From: Mobula birostris
Taxonomy: Eukaryota
Direction: 5' to 3'
Length of the DNA stretch: 64,000 nt
Assembly: GCF_030028105.1 (NCBI RefSeq)
Contig: NC_092370.1
Span: forward strand, 126,382,221 to 126,446,220
Part shown: in pieces, positions 62,130-64,000 of the stretch
How the letters are laid out: each line of letters begins with the position of its first letter
Numbering within the stretch: position 1 is the first letter of the stretch
Notes under the pieces: generated by a model
The model's input: the letters and a program-made list of their open reading frames with translations, nothing else
What the model was told of the DNA's origin: nothing
Databases searched by the model: none
Translations under genes and position numbers: made by a program

Positions 62130-62680
62130 CAGTCAGTCAGTCAGTGGGTACCGTCCCGAATCCAGGGTTGGCGGCTATGCACCTCCATTTTCTTCGATCT
62201 TGTGACGGCACCGAGTACAGCCTCTCCTCCGGTTGTTCTCGTTGGCCACTTTGGCACCGCCCGCTGCTACCCCCGCTGAACTCGAGCCCGAGGCCGTGTC
62301 GGCTTCCAGCCGCGGCCGCTTCTTCAAGCTCGGCCCTTCCTTAGGCGGAGGCCTTGAGCAGGACCAGGCACACGGTGCAGCGCCCAAGTTCACCATGTCT
62401 CTTCTAACTAGGTGCATAGCATATGATTCGTAGATACGTGGTGAGGCTTTAATCTCTTCCACGGAAGATGGCCGTTGGCTCACAAGGAGCTCATCCACCC
62501 TTTGTCAGGTCTTGTTTTTTTTTAGTCCTGCTGGGTGTCCTCACACCCTCCTCACCAGACTAAGTCCGGTGGGGGGAGCCGGCCCAAGTCGCCAACCACT
62601 CGACCATGGGCCTCGGCCGAGCACTGGGCACCCACCCCCCACCAAATCTCTCCGAGCGCCCGGCGCCCGACCGAAAACCA
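62130..62680 (-). mobile_element. GC/CpG-rich non-autonomous retroposon with RTE-like 3' end
   Basis: Minus strand ends QDRRKWRCIAANPGFGT + (ACTG)4 tail; flanks TCTATATCT (62121-29) / TATATATCT (62681-89); structured 5' region. Confidence 0.75.
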
Positions 62681-63429
62681 TATATATCTGTAGTTAACTG
62701 CAACTCTACGATCTCCCAAGGTGTCTGAGCTGCTCCATTTCAGGCCTTTGAACATATCAAGTTTTGATCAACCCATTTCTAGTGGGTAAGTCTTTAGCTG
62801 GCAGAGTCTCAATTCCAAAAGTCCCTCCTTAGACCTTCACTTCTGGCTGGAGATATCACAGATCTTATCTCTTTACCCCAAAATTTGGCATCTCCACCAA
62901 ATGGCTTGGTGTCAATTTGATTTAAACATAGTTTTCTTAACCACCTTTGTTGTATTTTCATGCTACATTAAGTACATTAAAGTAGATCTTTATTCATGCC
63001 TTGCAGCTCTTCTGCTCTTCTGTTTAAAAAAGAGATTGGGAAGAGTGGCAGTGTGGAAAACAGTGACATTTTCAAAGAAAATACCAGATTTAAAAAATTA
63101 ATATTCGTAAAATCATTTACAAGAATATCCAGTACATGGCTTTCTTTACATTATTAAGATTGCCCATTCTACACATTCGTGATACTGTCAAGTCTTCAGT
63201 TTAATGCTTTCTTTCAACAAAAGCACTAATGCCGCTCATGTTGCCTCTAAACAATGCACCCGACAGTTCCTTGCACATGGTCCACCCCTCAGTGTCCAGT
63301 GGGTAAGACCAGATCATCCTTTTTCAACATTTCAAACATGAACTTTGTTCATAATAAAAACATATGCAAAAGAAGCACTGCAACTCTTTTACACTCATGG
63401 TCAGTGCATCCGGTAGTGTTAACGTATTT

Positions 63430-63705
63430 TTAAATTCACAGCGTTATTGCTGTTCCTGTGACCCCCTGAGGTGTTACACTCTTTCATTGTTTGAGAGCCT
63501 TCCCCACCTGACTCAGCCCCTCCATGAGTGGTAGTGGGAGGAGCCCAGATAGTACTCCTTCCCCTCAGAGCCCCTGCATTAGCTACACCAAGCTTCAGTA
63601 CACCCCTCGGCACAAACCCTGGCGAACTGGACTGTGCCAGCTGGCAGCTTTGCACTATGGACTTCACACTGTGCTGGAAAACCAGCAAGCATCAGGTGGA
63701 CCTAA
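63430..63705 (-). mobile_element. Tx1/L1-group LINE ORF2 C-terminus and 3' UTR
   Basis: LLVFQHSVKSIVQSCQLAQS...VPRGVLKLGVANAGALRGRST resembles the Tx1-type RNLLVFQ...CCRLAHS...VLRDALKLG...WG terminus. Confidence 0.65.
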
Positions 63706-63781
63706 GGGTGGGTGTTCCCAGCCTGGGTGAGGGAGTGGCTTCCTCACTCAGCCTGACCCTTTCCTCTTCAGTAGCGGATGA

Positions 63782-64000
63782 ACATAGAAACATAGAAACA
63801 TAGAAAATAGGTGCAGGAGTAGGCAATTTGGCCCTTCGAGCCTGCACGGCCATTCAGTATGAGCATGGCTGATCATCCAACTCAGAACCCTGTACCAGCC
63901 TTCCCTCCATACCCCCTGATCCCTTTAGCCACAAGGGCCATATCTAACTCCCTCTTAAATATAGCCAATGAACTGGCCTCAACTGTTTTCTGTGGCAGAG
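63782..64000 (-). mobile_element. Young CR1 3' end (continues beyond the window)
   Basis: (CATAGAAA)3 tail followed by the typical CR1 3' UTR. Confidence 0.9.

Noticed and set aside
62540-62612. Canonical twister or HDV-like ribozyme call
   Set aside because: Only partial resemblance; I could not place the P1/UAA/P2 or pseudoknot pairings, so it is reported only as a structured RNA candidate.

Overview
Repeat-dense vertebrate genomic DNA. The repeat repertoire (HE1/V-type and Deu-type SINEs, CR1, Rex1/Babar, RTE, Vingi, Tx1, chromodomain Gypsy, Neptune-group Penelope-like elements, Harbinger and Tc1 derivatives) points to a cartilaginous fish, probably a ray; this is inference. I recognised no host protein-coding exon, and every interpretable ORF is a decayed transposon fragment. 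The strongest signal is a recurring Penelope-like element (PLE) insertion architecture, seen five times. Two PLE 3' ends point outward as an inverted pair inside one 13-17 bp target-site duplication (TSD). One arm carries the complete 3' terminus, and the other starts at nearly the same point about 30-45 nt inside it, often with microhomology to the TSD. These PLEs carry ultra-minimal hammerhead ribozyme motifs that could only fold as dimers, which suggests a testable model of two RNA templates primed from both target ends. The second highlight is a CpG-rich, apparently young ~550 bp non-autonomous RTE-tailed element (62130-62680). Its 5' end is a strand-specific array of RNA hairpins, and it may carry captured coding sequence. 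Most repeat boundaries were placed by eye and are approximate; TSD, TIR and ribozyme coordinates were counted directly.
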